A stretch of DNA of 63,767 nt, counting the filler. It is 6 parts of 6 records of this genome, joined end to end, with 100 filler letters (N's around TTAATTAATTAA, not from the genome) between each part and the next. Parts side by side here need not be neighbours in the genome. Positions count along the whole stretch, not along the records: positions 1 to 22,266 come from SRR31156797_14502; 5 more parts are not named here. One strand, written 5' to 3'. The notes beneath the pieces are model-generated. The model was not told the DNA's origin. It saw only the letters and a list, made by a program, of their open reading frames with translations, and ran no database searches. Each line of letters starts with the position of its first letter. Positions within the stretch are counted from its first letter, which is position 1. The position numbers were made by a program, and so were the translations under genes. Below, piece by piece: positions 8,931 through 18,999 of this stretch.

Positions 8931-9160
8931 ACAGAATCAATTCGGTCAAAATTGATATATTCGTTTTTTTTCAAGGAGTTATAAAAATTGTGCCGGTGGT
9001 GTTCCGAACCGGGCGGGGATACATGCGATCATAAGGCAGCCGTGGGCCTCATACACCATTATGGCATCAAATCCTGCGGTAGGTGTCGGGCCCGCGGCTT
9101 TATCGACGCAATGGTTTTCAATGAGGGAACCCATTTCCGCTTCAAACACGCTCTCAGACC

Positions 9161-10507
9161 TCATCGAACGCCCAGTAGCGCCTCAATAAATCCCGTATGG
9201 TAGTTGCCGGCTCTGAAATCCGGATGTTCAAGTATTTTGATATTGAGCGGAATGGTGGTGCTGATACCATCAATACGGATCGTGCGAAGGGCGTCAATGA
9301 GCCGGGACGTCGCTTCATTCCGGTTTTCTCCACGGGAGATCACCTTGGCCAGCAACGGATCATAGAAAGGCGGTACGCTGCCCCCTTCCTCCAGCGCATG
9401 GTCAATGCGCAAATCCGTGGTCTCAGGAGGCAGATGAAGCGCATGAATGGTACCCGGAGACGGTGCGAATGTCTCGGGATCTTCCGCATAAATCCGGGCT
9501 TCAATGGCGTGGCCGCTCATCCTTATATCCTTCTGGGCCAGATTCAGTTTTTCGCCGGCGGCAATTTCAAGCTGCGTATGGACAATATCCACGCCCGTAA
9601 GAAATTCCGTAACCGGGTGCTCCACCTGAAGTCTGGCATTGATTTCCATGAAATAATAGTCGCCGGACACGGATCTGAGCCCCTCGATGGTACCCGCGCC
9701 CTCATACTTCATGGCTCGGGCCAGACGCAGGGAATAATCAAAAATCGTTTCCCGGTCTTCCGCGCTAACGATGGGTGAGGGGGATTCCTCGATAATCTTC
9801 TGGTGCCGCCTTTGAATGGAACATTCCCGCTCCCCTAAGCAGACATAGTTGCCGAAGTGGTCCCCTAGAAACTGAACTTCCAAATGCCTGGGATTAACCA
9901 CCACCTTTTCCAGATAGCAGTCTGACGAATGGAAGGCGGCCAATCCGATCCGTGAGATGCGCTCAAAAACCGCGGGCACTTCTTCGTCTCGGGTGACCAT
10001 TTCAATCCCCTTGCCCCCACCTCCCTTGTCGAGTTTCAGGAACACCGGATACCCGAACTCGCCTGCAAACCGGTACACCTCATCCACATTCTTTATGGGG
10101 TCCAGGGTTCCGGGGTTGACCGGGACCTTTACGTCTTCGGCTATGTGCCGGCAATAGCATTTAGACTCCACAGCCTTCATGACATGGGGAGAGGGGCCCA
10201 CCCATGTTAGACCCATCTCCAAAGCCGCCTGAGCAAAGTCATAATTCTCCGCAAGAAAGCCATACCCGGGGTGAATGGCATCAGCCCCGGAGTCTTTGGC
10301 GGCCGCCATAATGGCTTCGATATTCAAATAGCTCTTCATGGGATTGGCGGGACCGATGTGGACCGCCTCATCCGCCTGCCTTGTGAAAAGCGCATCCCGG
10401 TCCGCCTCCGAAAAGACGGCCACGGTCTTGATCCCTAAAGGTCTACACGCGCGAATGATGCGTGATACCACCTCTCCGCGATTGGCAATCAACAGTTTTT
10501 CCATCAT
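9161..10507 (-). CDS. Biotin carboxylase subunit
   Basis: LIANRGE, IHPGYGFLAEN, GGGGKGI, ERECSIQRRHQK, EINARLQVEHPVTE. Confidence 0.96.
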   Translation of the reverse strand: MMEKLLIANRGEVVSRIIRACRPLGIKTVAVFSEADRDALFTRQADEAVHIGPANPMKSYLNIEAIMAAAKDSGADAIHPGYGFLAENYDFAQAALEMGLTWVGPSPHVMKAVESKCYCRHIAEDVKVPVNPGTLDPIKNVDEVYRFAGEFGYPVFLKLDKGGGGKGIEMVTRDEEVPAVFERISRIGLAAFHSSDCYLEKVVVNPRHLEVQFLGDHFGNYVCLGERECSIQRRHQKIIEESPSPIVSAEDRETIFDYSLRLARAMKYEGAGTIEGLRSVSGDYYFMEINARLQVEHPVTEFLTGVDIVHTQLEIAAGEKLNLAQKDIRMSGHAIEARIYAEDPETFAPSPGTIHALHLPPETTDLRIDHALEEGGSVPPFYDPLLAKVISRGENRNEATSRLIDALRTIRIDGISTTIPLNIKILEHPDFRAGNYHTGFIEALLGVR

Positions 10508-10740
10508 TTGAATAAACCTGTCTCTGTCTCAAGAATGACCATTGTGTCTTCCACCTGCATTTCATCCCATTCCTTGACCAGAACTTCTTTCACCACGCCA
10601 TCCACATGGGAGACAACGGACATTTCATTTTTCATGCAGTTAATGACCGCCACTTCCTGCCCTTCTTTGACACTTTCGCCCTCATTGACCACCACCCGGG
10701 CCACGAGACCCGGCATATGCGCATTGATGTTGACATCCAT
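10504..10740 (-). CDS. Biotin carboxyl carrier protein
   Basis: 78-aa biotinyl domain, AHMPG...CMKNEM; overlaps the biotin carboxylase start (ATGA). Confidence 0.9.
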   Translation of the reverse strand: MDVNINAHMPGLVARVVVNEGESVKEGQEVAVINCMKNEMSVVSHVDGVVKEVLVKEWDEMQVEDTMVILETETGLFK

Positions 10741-10823
10741 ATTAAAATTAACCTCCTGTTTTAATTTATCTTCTTAGAGCAAATCGACAGTTTAATACAA
10801 AACCGAAGATCCACCACCATTGA

Positions 10824-11807
10824 TCAGGCGAACGAAGCCTCCGTAAAGAGTGCTTTCTGGGCCTTTCGCGCTTCCACCGCCTCGTCAAGGGTACAATAGT
10901 CGAACCGGATAAAGTCCCTGCTGGGGGTTCCCTGCCCGATTTTCCACAGGTCGGCGTTTATGACCGTGAGGGCGCACAGGTAACCGCCCAGGGTAGGCCC
11001 GTCGGCAATCAAGATGATGGGGGTATTGCCGCACACATTGAGCGCCCCCCGCATGCTGTAAGCATGATCCACAATATTCGAAGGATGGCTGCCGCCTACG
11101 CCGCCGTCTTTACGTGCAAAAAAGTAATCGGGAAGTTCTTCGAGCCGGTATGCGGAACGATTTGACGTGTGCTGCACTTTAAAGGAATGGTCAAAAAGGT
11201 AATCCATCCCTTCTTTGGTGACATAGTCCGGTACGGAGTTCGGTCCCGGTGTCGCTCTCAGTCGCCACTCTCTCTCATATTCGGGTATGACTTCCTTTCG
11301 AAGTTTCCTCTCTGCAAGGGCCTTCAGATCCCCCTGCGCTTCTCCGGCTTTCAACACATCGCCGGGCGCCAGTTTTCGGCCTTCAAAGCCACCGTAACTT
11401 CCAAAAATACAGGTGGATTTACTGCCGAGATAGGGTGGCACATCGATGCCGCCCGCAAAGGCCATATAGGTTCTAAAACCGAATTCACCAAAATGGTCGA
11501 ATTTGATTTTATCGCCTTTGGTCACGGCAAAGGATTCCCACATGGGCACCTGCTGACCGTTGATGGTGGGTTTCATATCGGTGCCGGTCAGGCTGATGAC
11601 CCCCTTTTCCGTAAACTCCCCCTCAAAATAACCGCCCGTAATTTCAAGACCTGCTTCACCTTTTTCATTGCCAACCAGAAGATTGGCGAATTGAAGCGCC
11701 ACATTATCAAAGGCCCCTGAAGACGCCATGCCTTTGCCCAAATAACCCAATCGGCCGGGCCAGTCCTCCACCAGGGTTTCTACGCCGCCATTAATGACTT
11801 TCAACAT
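10824..11807 (-). CDS. PxpC-like / urea-carboxylase carboxyltransferase subdomain A-B protein
   Basis: VEDWPGRLGY, ANLLVGN, GGIDVPPYLGSKST, DGPTLGGY. Confidence 0.9.
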   Translation of the reverse strand: MLKVINGGVETLVEDWPGRLGYLGKGMASSGAFDNVALQFANLLVGNEKGEAGLEITGGYFEGEFTEKGVISLTGTDMKPTINGQQVPMWESFAVTKGDKIKFDHFGEFGFRTYMAFAGGIDVPPYLGSKSTCIFGSYGGFEGRKLAPGDVLKAGEAQGDLKALAERKLRKEVIPEYEREWRLRATPGPNSVPDYVTKEGMDYLFDHSFKVQHTSNRSAYRLEELPDYFFARKDGGVGGSHPSNIVDHAYSMRGALNVCGNTPIILIADGPTLGGYLCALTVINADLWKIGQGTPSRDFIRFDYCTLDEAVEARKAQKALFTEASFA

Positions 11808-11834
11808 TCGGATATCCTCCTAGCAAACAAACGG

Positions 11835-12821
11835 TTATAGCCGAGGGGCTGATTTTACGCCTATCGCCTGTTTCGCCTGAAACGCTTTCGCACCCTCTTT
11901 CACCTCTTCGGAATTGATGAACGCCAGGTAGTCCTTTACCATGATCTTTCCCTGGTCGATTTCGTATTCATAATCGGTTTTTTCATGCACGTGTTCATAG
12001 ATATGCAGGATTTCATCTTCCGATACCTCGTGAAATCGGATCCTGTCGCCGTTGCGGTACAGGAACGGCGTCTCCTTGAATAAGGGATGTTTCTGTACAA
12101 ATTGAAATGTGGGAATGGTCCTTCCAAAGAGCTGATAACCGCCACCGGTTTCCGTGGTATAGGTAAATATGCAAGGCCCTCCAATGCCCACGGTTCCCTC
12201 GGGGGTATAGGTGCGGGGCGGATTGTATTTGGGCACCACAATGGCGCATCTGGGATCCATGGGCCAGAAGAATCCGCCGCCCGGCCAGAATCCGCACCCG
12301 CTGTTATACCATTCGGTACCGAGAACCTTGGCCTTGATTTCTTCAACGGTAATGCCGTTACACAGGGCCATATATTCCAGGTTGTAGCCGTTGATCACGT
12401 TGGGGGCATCCGGCCGCACCTCTTTTATGTATTTGGCCACGGCCTTTTTGGTTTCGCTGTCTTCAAAAGCGATGGGAAGGTGAATAATACGGGATTCCAG
12501 CTCGATGTGTTCAACATCCGTCAGGGCTTCTTCTGCCCCTTGGATCGTTTCCATCAGGCTTTTCACATCCAACTCTTCCGGATCATAGTGAAAGAGGTTC
12601 GTTCGAATGCCGGGCACCGTTTCAATGAGTCCTTTCAGGTTTTTCTTGACCATGGTATCATTAACCGTACCGATCCTGAAAGAATCCAGCAAATTGGCCC
12701 GCTGCTCCCTTCCATATTCCACCTGCAGAAAACCGTCACCGGCCTGTCTGAAAAGGATTTCCAGCCTTGACTGGGTTTCCGGAAGGGTCTCCAGAACCAC
12801 GTTGTAAGCATCAAGATCCAT
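11835..12821 (-). CDS. PxpB-like / urea-carboxylase carboxyltransferase subdomain C-D protein
   Basis: RQAGDGFLQVEYG, GFWPG, PKYNPPRTYTPEGTVGIGG, GGYQLFGRT. Confidence 0.9.
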   Translation of the reverse strand: MDLDAYNVVLETLPETQSRLEILFRQAGDGFLQVEYGREQRANLLDSFRIGTVNDTMVKKNLKGLIETVPGIRTNLFHYDPEELDVKSLMETIQGAEEALTDVEHIELESRIIHLPIAFEDSETKKAVAKYIKEVRPDAPNVINGYNLEYMALCNGITVEEIKAKVLGTEWYNSGCGFWPGGGFFWPMDPRCAIVVPKYNPPRTYTPEGTVGIGGPCIFTYTTETGGGYQLFGRTIPTFQFVQKHPLFKETPFLYRNGDRIRFHEVSEDEILHIYEHVHEKTDYEYEIDQGKIMVKDYLAFINSEEVKEGAKAFQAKQAIGVKSAPRL

Positions 12822-12888
12822 TTTCTTTCATTCCTCCTGTTGGTAAGTTGACGGGGGATGAGCGAGAAGAACTGCCGCTCGCCAATCG

Positions 12889-13641
12889 TTAAAGGGCCGG
12901 GGCTTTAATGGCGTATCCGGCCCTCTCCAATTCATCATGAACCGCCACCACGATATCCGATGCGTTGGACGTATCAGAATGGAGACAAACCGAAGATCCT
13001 TCAATGGATATTTCAGTGCCGTCCGTGGCGGCGACTTTACCTTCCCTGACCATTTTAATGACCCGGGCGGCGATGTCTTCCGGTTTTCGAACATCATGGT
13101 GCCGGGTAATCACCAGATTCCCTTCATTGTCATAATCCAGATCAGCATATAATTCGTAAACCACCCGAATGCCCATTTTCTCCGCAACGCCGCCGGCGAC
13201 CCCTTTCTTCATGATGTAAAGATAAAGGTCGCGGTCCACATCCAACAGAGCCTGGCACACGGCTTCGGCCACTTCCTCGCGGCGCATGGCCATGCCGTAA
13301 AGGGATCCGTGGGGCTTCACATGATGAAGCCTGAGGCCGGCAGCCTCTGTAAACGCCTTGAGAGCACCCACCTGATAAACCATGTCATCATGTATTTCTT
13401 CCATGCTCAAGTTCATCTCTCGTCGACCAAAACCCTGAAGGTCCGGCAAGCCGGGATGGGCCCCCACCTGAACCCCGTATTTTTTGGCCAGGGCAACGGT
13501 CCGTTTCATGACGGTGGGATCACCTGCATGAAAAGCGCAAGCCACATTGGCGCTGGTGATGTATTTCATGAAGCCTTCGTCGTCGCCCATATTATACATA
13601 CCAAAACTTTCACCCATATCCGCATTAAAATCAATGTTCAT
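12889..13641 (-). CDS. pxpA: LamB/YcsF family protein (5-oxoprolinase subunit A-like)
   Basis: DFNADMGESFG, SANVACAFHAGDP, GAHPGLPDLQGFGRR, HVKPHGSLY, CLHSD. Confidence 0.95.
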   Translation of the reverse strand: MNIDFNADMGESFGMYNMGDDEGFMKYITSANVACAFHAGDPTVMKRTVALAKKYGVQVGAHPGLPDLQGFGRREMNLSMEEIHDDMVYQVGALKAFTEAAGLRLHHVKPHGSLYGMAMRREEVAEAVCQALLDVDRDLYLYIMKKGVAGGVAEKMGIRVVYELYADLDYDNEGNLVITRHHDVRKPEDIAARVIKMVREGKVAATDGTEISIEGSSVCLHSDTSNASDIVVAVHDELERAGYAIKAPAL

Positions 13642-13663
13642 TTTCTTCTCCTTAATTGTTTCT

Positions 13664-14623
13664 TTATCGGCCTTTGATGGAAAGTCTGAACTGGTCCATC
13701 ACAACCGCGAAAATGAGTAAACATCCCATAACCACCATTTGGAGATAGGAACTGATGTTCATGAGGTTCATGCCGTTCCGAATGAGAACAATCAGTATGG
13801 CGCCGAAAATGGCGCGGACCACGCCGCCCTCGCCGCCCCGCAACGATACACCGCCAATCACCGCCGCCGCGATGGACTCCAGGGGAAGTGCCGCTCCCAG
13901 GTTGGGTTCGCCCGAAGCCACTCTGGCCGTGAGCATCACACCCGCGATACCCGTAAGTGTTCCGCACAGAACATAGGCCAGACATGTATATTTTTTTACG
14001 GCAATCCCGGACAGGCGGGCCGCCTCCTGGTTGCCCCCCAGGGCATAAAAATAACGCCCCACACGGGTCCGGTTCAACAAAATATAAACCAGCACCGCCA
14101 CGACAACGGCCACAATCACCGGCACCGGTATGCCGGCAACTTTTCCCACGCCCAAGAGCTGGTTCAATTGGTCGGGCAGGTTGAAAATGGGGACCCCCCC
14201 TGAAATCAGCAGCGCCAGACCGTGAATAACCGACATGGTTCCCAATGTTACCACAAAGGGAGAAACACGGAAAACGGCAATGGTAATGCCGTTGGCAAGC
14301 CCCACCAGGGCGGCGGTCAAAATACCCGCTATGATACCGATGATCATACCCATCACGGGAGAACTCATGGAAACCATGACAGTGGAGGTGACGATACTGG
14401 TCAAAGCCACTGAAGAGCCCACCGACAGATCGAATCCGGCACAGAGAATCGTCATCATTTGACCCGCCGTTACAATGGCCAGATAAGTGGCTTGACGCCC
14501 CACGATCATCATATTGGAGCCGGTCATAAAACGGCTTTCCGCCACGCTGAACAAGATGAACAGGGCTACCAGCAAAAACGGCAGCACACCGACCTTAACG
14601 AAAGTTTTCTTTAACCATTCCAA
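13664..14623 (-). CDS. ABC transporter permease (RbsC/CUT2 type)
   Basis: GFDLSVGS, GRYFYALGGNQEAARLSGI, IAAAVIGGVSLRGG. Confidence 0.95.
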   Translation of the reverse strand: MEWLKKTFVKVGVLPFLLVALFILFSVAESRFMTGSNMMIVGRQATYLAIVTAGQMMTILCAGFDLSVGSSVALTSIVTSTVMVSMSSPVMGMIIGIIAGILTAALVGLANGITIAVFRVSPFVVTLGTMSVIHGLALLISGGVPIFNLPDQLNQLLGVGKVAGIPVPVIVAVVVAVLVYILLNRTRVGRYFYALGGNQEAARLSGIAVKKYTCLAYVLCGTLTGIAGVMLTARVASGEPNLGAALPLESIAAAVIGGVSLRGGEGGVVRAIFGAILIVLIRNGMNLMNISSYLQMVVMGCLLIFAVVMDQFRLSIKGR

Positions 14624-14661
14624 TTGTCGCTATTGCTCCCTGTTGTTTTCACCTAAAACCT

Positions 14662-14816
14662 GCAATTAGCGTTTAGCTATTAGCAGTTAGCTTAAAAGAA
14701 TCAAAGATTTGCACGACTTTCGCCCTTATTGGCACTCTCATTTGTTGATGTTGCTCAATTTCATCATAGTCGTTTGAAATGATATGGCTAATAGCTAACT
14801 GCTAACAGCCAACAGC
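14662..14816. repeat. Inverted arrays of 7-bp tandem repeats (nnTTAGC x4 ... GCTAAnn x4)
   Basis: AATTAGC GTTTAGC TATTAGC AGTTAGC on the left and GCTAATA GCTAACT GCTAACA GCCAACA on the right, around a ~95-bp spacer. Confidence 0.8.
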
Positions 14817-16307
14817 ATCTTGCTCATACCCGAAACAACCGCTCAAAACCATTTCCTCCGTGGCCTTTTCCCCGGGGATGGTCAGGATATTGGTTCCCGC
14901 ATGCATGACCATGACCGTATGACTCAAATTCAGGACTTCGGGAAGCTCGGATGAGATGAAAATGACGGCCGCTCCCGCTTCCGCCTGCTCTTTCAGGAAA
15001 AGGTAGACATCGTGCTTGGCGCCCACATCAATGCCGCAGCTGGCTTCATCAAATATGAAAACTTTGGTATCCCGGGTAATACCCCTCGACAGCATGACTT
15101 TCTGCTGATTACCGCCGCTCAGATAATTGATGGTCTGATGAATCTTCCCGGGCCGAATCTTCATCTTTTCCACAATCTGTTTCACGGTCCCCTCTTCTTT
15201 TCGCGTGTCAATAAAGCCATTCTTTTCAAATAGGGGCACCGACAGGAGGGTCTGGTTTTCCTTGACGGACCGGCACAGAACCAATCCTTCCTTGTGGCGA
15301 TCGGCTGGGAAATAGAGGACGCCATTTTGAATGCAGCGGCCGGGTGTGGGCTTGACAAACGGTTTGTTGTTCAAGGTCACGTGGCCGGACCTGATTTCAT
15401 CCAGCCCGAAAAGCGCACGGCCCACCCGTGACTTGCCGGCCCCCACCAGACCGGCGATTCCCAGAATTTCCCCGGCACGCACCTTAAAAGAGATATCCCG
15501 CAGACCACTGGCGGTGGAAAGGCGGTCGACCGACAGGACCGTTTTTCCCGGGTCATGGCTGATCTTGGGGAAGATCTCTTCCACTTCCCGACCGGTCATG
15601 AGCGATATGAGGGTTTCCTCATCCGCCTTGGCCATCTCCAAGGTGCGGATCTTTTTACCGTCCCGCAGGATGGTGATTCGATCTCCGATCTGTTTCAGTT
15701 CGTCAATTCGATGGGAGATGTAGATGACGCCGACACCATCTCCGATGAATCTTCGAATGATTTCAAAGAGACGCTGCACTTCCCTATCCGTGAGGGACGC
15801 GGTGGGTTCATCAAGGATCAGGACGCGCATGCGGTGTTGAAAGGCCTTTGCAATCTCCACCATCTGCCGTTCAGCTCTCGGCATTTCGCCGACCTTGGCC
15901 AAAGGGTTTAAATCAAACCCCAAATCCTTCAGGGATTCTTCTGCTTTCAGACGCATGGATTTCTTATCCAGAAATCCATTTCGGCCGATTTCGCTGCCCA
16001 AAAACAGATTCTCAACCACGGACAGCTGGGGCACCAGACTGAATTCCTGGTAAACGGCGGAAATCCCGGCCACCCGGGCGTCATAGGGGTTCTTGAATTC
16101 GACGCTTCTGCCATCCAGATACAACGTTCCTTCATCCGCCAGGTAGGATCCCGCCAGGATCTTGTTCAGCGTGGACTTTCCCGCTCCATTCTCACCGAAC
16201 AGAACATGAACTTCACCGGGACGGAGATCAAAGGAGACATTGTCCAGGGCCAAAACGCCCGGAAAGCGTTTGGTGATATTCAGGGCTTTTAAAAGCAGTT
16301 CTTCCAT
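14802..16307 (-). CDS. ABC transporter ATP-binding protein (RbsA type, two NBDs)
   Basis: [26 protein letters not shown]. Confidence 0.96.
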   Translation of the reverse strand: MEELLLKALNITKRFPGVLALDNVSFDLRPGEVHVLFGENGAGKSTLNKILAGSYLADEGTLYLDGRSVEFKNPYDARVAGISAVYQEFSLVPQLSVVENLFLGSEIGRNGFLDKKSMRLKAEESLKDLGFDLNPLAKVGEMPRAERQMVEIAKAFQHRMRVLILDEPTASLTDREVQRLFEIIRRFIGDGVGVIYISHRIDELKQIGDRITILRDGKKIRTLEMAKADEETLISLMTGREVEEIFPKISHDPGKTVLSVDRLSTASGLRDISFKVRAGEILGIAGLVGAGKSRVGRALFGLDEIRSGHVTLNNKPFVKPTPGRCIQNGVLYFPADRHKEGLVLCRSVKENQTLLSVPLFEKNGFIDTRKEEGTVKQIVEKMKIRPGKIHQTINYLSGGNQQKVMLSRGITRDTKVFIFDEASCGIDVGAKHDVYLFLKEQAEAGAAVIFISSELPEVLNLSHTVMVMHAGTNILTIPGEKATEEMVLSGCFGYEQDAVGC

Positions 16308-16380
16308 AGCGCCGCCTGTTCATGAATGTTCGATGGGCCTCCAAATGAGACCCATCGCGAATTTCCATTTTTACGCGTTT

Positions 16381-17547
16381 TTATTTCCTGGGCGCCACTT
16401 TAAACTCCGGCCTGAATCCCCGGCTCCCGAACAGGAGTTCGTAAGGATATTGGGCCATGTTTTTCTTTGTGATGGTCGGAATGATGGGGCCCGCCCTGAA
16501 AGGGAAATCCTTTCCCGGTTTCTCACCGTTGAGGATGCGAACCATCATATCCACTGCCATCTGCCCCTGGGTGACCGTCAGATCGGAAGGCGCTGCCGCC
16601 ACCAGACCTTTTCCGATTTTGTCGTAAAGGGGCGGAATGATGTAGGTGGAAACCACTTTGACATCCTTTCGGCCTGCTTCAGCCAACGGACCCACGGCTG
16701 CGTCGGCAGCCACGGCATTCCCCACCAGATAGTCAATCTTGGGAAAGGCCTGAAGTGTATCTTCAATCAAACTCAGCTGTACGTTCTTCCCGGTATCGCC
16801 CCATTTAACGGCCAGAATGTTCACTTTCCCATCAAATTTCTTGATGGCTTCCTTAAACCCATCCAATGTATCCGGCGCCCATCCGGAACCGGCGGGACCC
16901 GGAAGGAAAACCACATTGACCTCGGGTTTTCCTTTGGCATCTCCCACCACGAACTCTCCGGCGTGATACCCCATATCATAAAAAGATACCAATGCTTTTG
17001 CCTGAATGGCGGACGCTTTGATATCATTGATCACTTCGATAACGGGAATTCCCTTTTTCACAATTTCTCCAACAACCGGATCCAGACCGGTGTAGGAAAT
17101 GGACGCCAAAATGATGCCGTCGACCCCTTGCTGTGAAAGGTTCTCTACCTGGTTGACCTGCTTGCCCAACTCGGTATAGCCACCTGCTGCCACCAACTGA
17201 ATCCCCACACCCAGTCTTTTCGCCTCCTGAATAATACCGTAGTCAACTGCCAGCCAGTAAGGATCCTTCAGGTGTGGAAAAGAAACACCGATTGTATAGG
17301 GCTTGTTGGCTTTGGCGGGGGGCACCCAGTCCTCCAACTTGGGGCCGTCAAGACTCGGAGAGGGCCTTCCCGGCTTCTTTTCTTTCACATCATAGGCGCC
17401 GTAATAAGCGTTTACTTTGACCGGCCACCATGGTTTCTCTTCCGCAAAGCAGAGTCCGGCACTGAGAACAAAAACAAGCCCCGTTGCCAAGAGAATCGAC
17501 TTTCCCCATCTACCTTTTTTCAAAACTCTTTTTCCCATCATGCTCAT
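16381..17547 (-). CDS. Periplasmic substrate-binding protein, TorT-like
   Basis: Signal peptide; FPHLKDPYWLAVDYG, AGGY, LPGPAGSGW, WGDTGK match the TorT family. Confidence 0.88.
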   Translation of the reverse strand: MSMMGKRVLKKGRWGKSILLATGLVFVLSAGLCFAEEKPWWPVKVNAYYGAYDVKEKKPGRPSPSLDGPKLEDWVPPAKANKPYTIGVSFPHLKDPYWLAVDYGIIQEAKRLGVGIQLVAAGGYTELGKQVNQVENLSQQGVDGIILASISYTGLDPVVGEIVKKGIPVIEVINDIKASAIQAKALVSFYDMGYHAGEFVVGDAKGKPEVNVVFLPGPAGSGWAPDTLDGFKEAIKKFDGKVNILAVKWGDTGKNVQLSLIEDTLQAFPKIDYLVGNAVAADAAVGPLAEAGRKDVKVVSTYIIPPLYDKIGKGLVAAAPSDLTVTQGQMAVDMMVRILNGEKPGKDFPFRAGPIIPTITKKNMAQYPYELLFGSRGFRPEFKVAPRK

Positions 17548-17611
17548 TCTCCTCTCTTCTTGGTTGACGGTTGAACATCTGACATTGTCCCTGAAGCTTC
17601 TGTCCAGGGTA

Positions 17612-18919
17612 TCAAACTGCGGAAATTTCCTGCAGGCTTTCCTTTAGAATGGAAATGCCTTTTTCCAGTTGCGCATCGGTGATCACCAGCGGCATGAGCG
17701 TCCGGATGACATTGCCGTAATTCCCGCAGGCCAGAACAATCAGACCCTTTTCCAGACAGCGGCCTACAAGCGCCTTGGCTTTGGCCGCAGCCGGTTCCCT
17801 GGTCTGCCTGTCTTCCACCAATTCCATGGCAAGCATGAGACCGAGTCCACGGACATCCCCGATAATTGAAAATTCCTCCTGAAGATTTAAAAAGTGGTTT
17901 TTAACTCTTTCTCCCAGTTTTTCAATGCCCTCCAGAAAATCATCCGTCAGTAAATCCAGTACGGCCAGGGCAGCCCGGCATGCAACCGGATTGCCGCCGA
18001 AGGTCCCCCCCAAAGCGCCGACGGGCGGCATTTCCATGATGTCGGATTTTCCGGTAATACCGGCAAGGGGCAAACCGGCGGCAAGGGATTTGGCGGTCAG
18101 AATGATGTCCGGTGCAACACCGTAATGTTCGGAAGCAAAGCGTTTGCCGGTCCTTCCCATACCTGTCTGGATCTCATCCATTATAAAAAGGACGCCGTTT
18201 TCCTCGCATATGGCGGCAATCTTTTTAAAATATTCCAAGGGAGGAACAACAAATCCGCCTTCTCCCTGAATGGGTTCGGCAATGACCGCGGCCACGGATT
18301 CCGGTTCCGCATAGCTTATGAAAAAATGCTCCAGCGCATCCGCGCAGAAGATATCGCAGGACGGATAGGTCCGGCCAAACGGACAGCGGTAGCAATAGGC
18401 AAAAGGCATTCGATACACTTCGGGGCAGAAAGGGGCAAAACCTGATTTATACGGTTTTACCTTGCTGGTAAGGCTCATGCCCATGTAGGTCCGCCCGTGA
18501 AAAGCGTTTTCAAAAGCGATAATGCCCTGTTTCTTCGTGGCATATCGGGCCACCTTGACACCGTTTTCAACGGCCTCGGCACCGCTGTTGACAAAGAAAG
18601 TTTTTTTCGGAAAATCCCCCGGTGTTATCTCATTGAGACGTTGGGCAAGTGCCACATAGGGCTCGTACATGCTGATGTGAAAACAGGTATGCAGGTACTG
18701 TTGGGCTTGATCCTGGATGGCCGCAACCACTTTCTCATTGCAGTGCCCCACATTGACGACGCCGATTCCACCGGCGAAATCGATAAAATGATTTCCTTCC
18801 ACATCTTCGATCATGGCGCCCCGAGCGCGTTTCACAAAGATGGGCGATACGTTGAACGGTCCTTTCGGCACATGCTTGGCACGCAATTCCAATAACTGTT
18901 GATTTGTGTTTGTCTCCAT
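17612..18919 (-). CDS. gabT: 4-aminobutyrate / 5-aminovalerate aminotransferase (class III PLP)
   Basis: IDFAGGIGVVNVGH, NSGAEAVEN, FHGRT, EPIQGEGG, DEIQTGMGRTG, AKSLAAGLPL, GGTFGGNP. Confidence 0.94.
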   Translation of the reverse strand: METNTNQQLLELRAKHVPKGPFNVSPIFVKRARGAMIEDVEGNHFIDFAGGIGVVNVGHCNEKVVAAIQDQAQQYLHTCFHISMYEPYVALAQRLNEITPGDFPKKTFFVNSGAEAVENGVKVARYATKKQGIIAFENAFHGRTYMGMSLTSKVKPYKSGFAPFCPEVYRMPFAYCYRCPFGRTYPSCDIFCADALEHFFISYAEPESVAAVIAEPIQGEGGFVVPPLEYFKKIAAICEENGVLFIMDEIQTGMGRTGKRFASEHYGVAPDIILTAKSLAAGLPLAGITGKSDIMEMPPVGALGGTFGGNPVACRAALAVLDLLTDDFLEGIEKLGERVKNHFLNLQEEFSIIGDVRGLGLMLAMELVEDRQTREPAAAKAKALVGRCLEKGLIVLACGNYGNVIRTLMPLVITDAQLEKGISILKESLQEISAV

Positions 18920-18999
18920 AATAAAACTCCTTAAAAATCGATCTTTCCGATTGCCGCCGATTTTCTTTAACCCCAATGTTTCATCCCTTGACCCGGGTT

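Noticed and set aside
9161-13641. Acetyl-CoA carboxylase or plain urea amidolyase
   Set aside because: No AccA/AccD carboxyltransferase and no amidase-type allophanate hydrolase; LamB/PxpA is present instead
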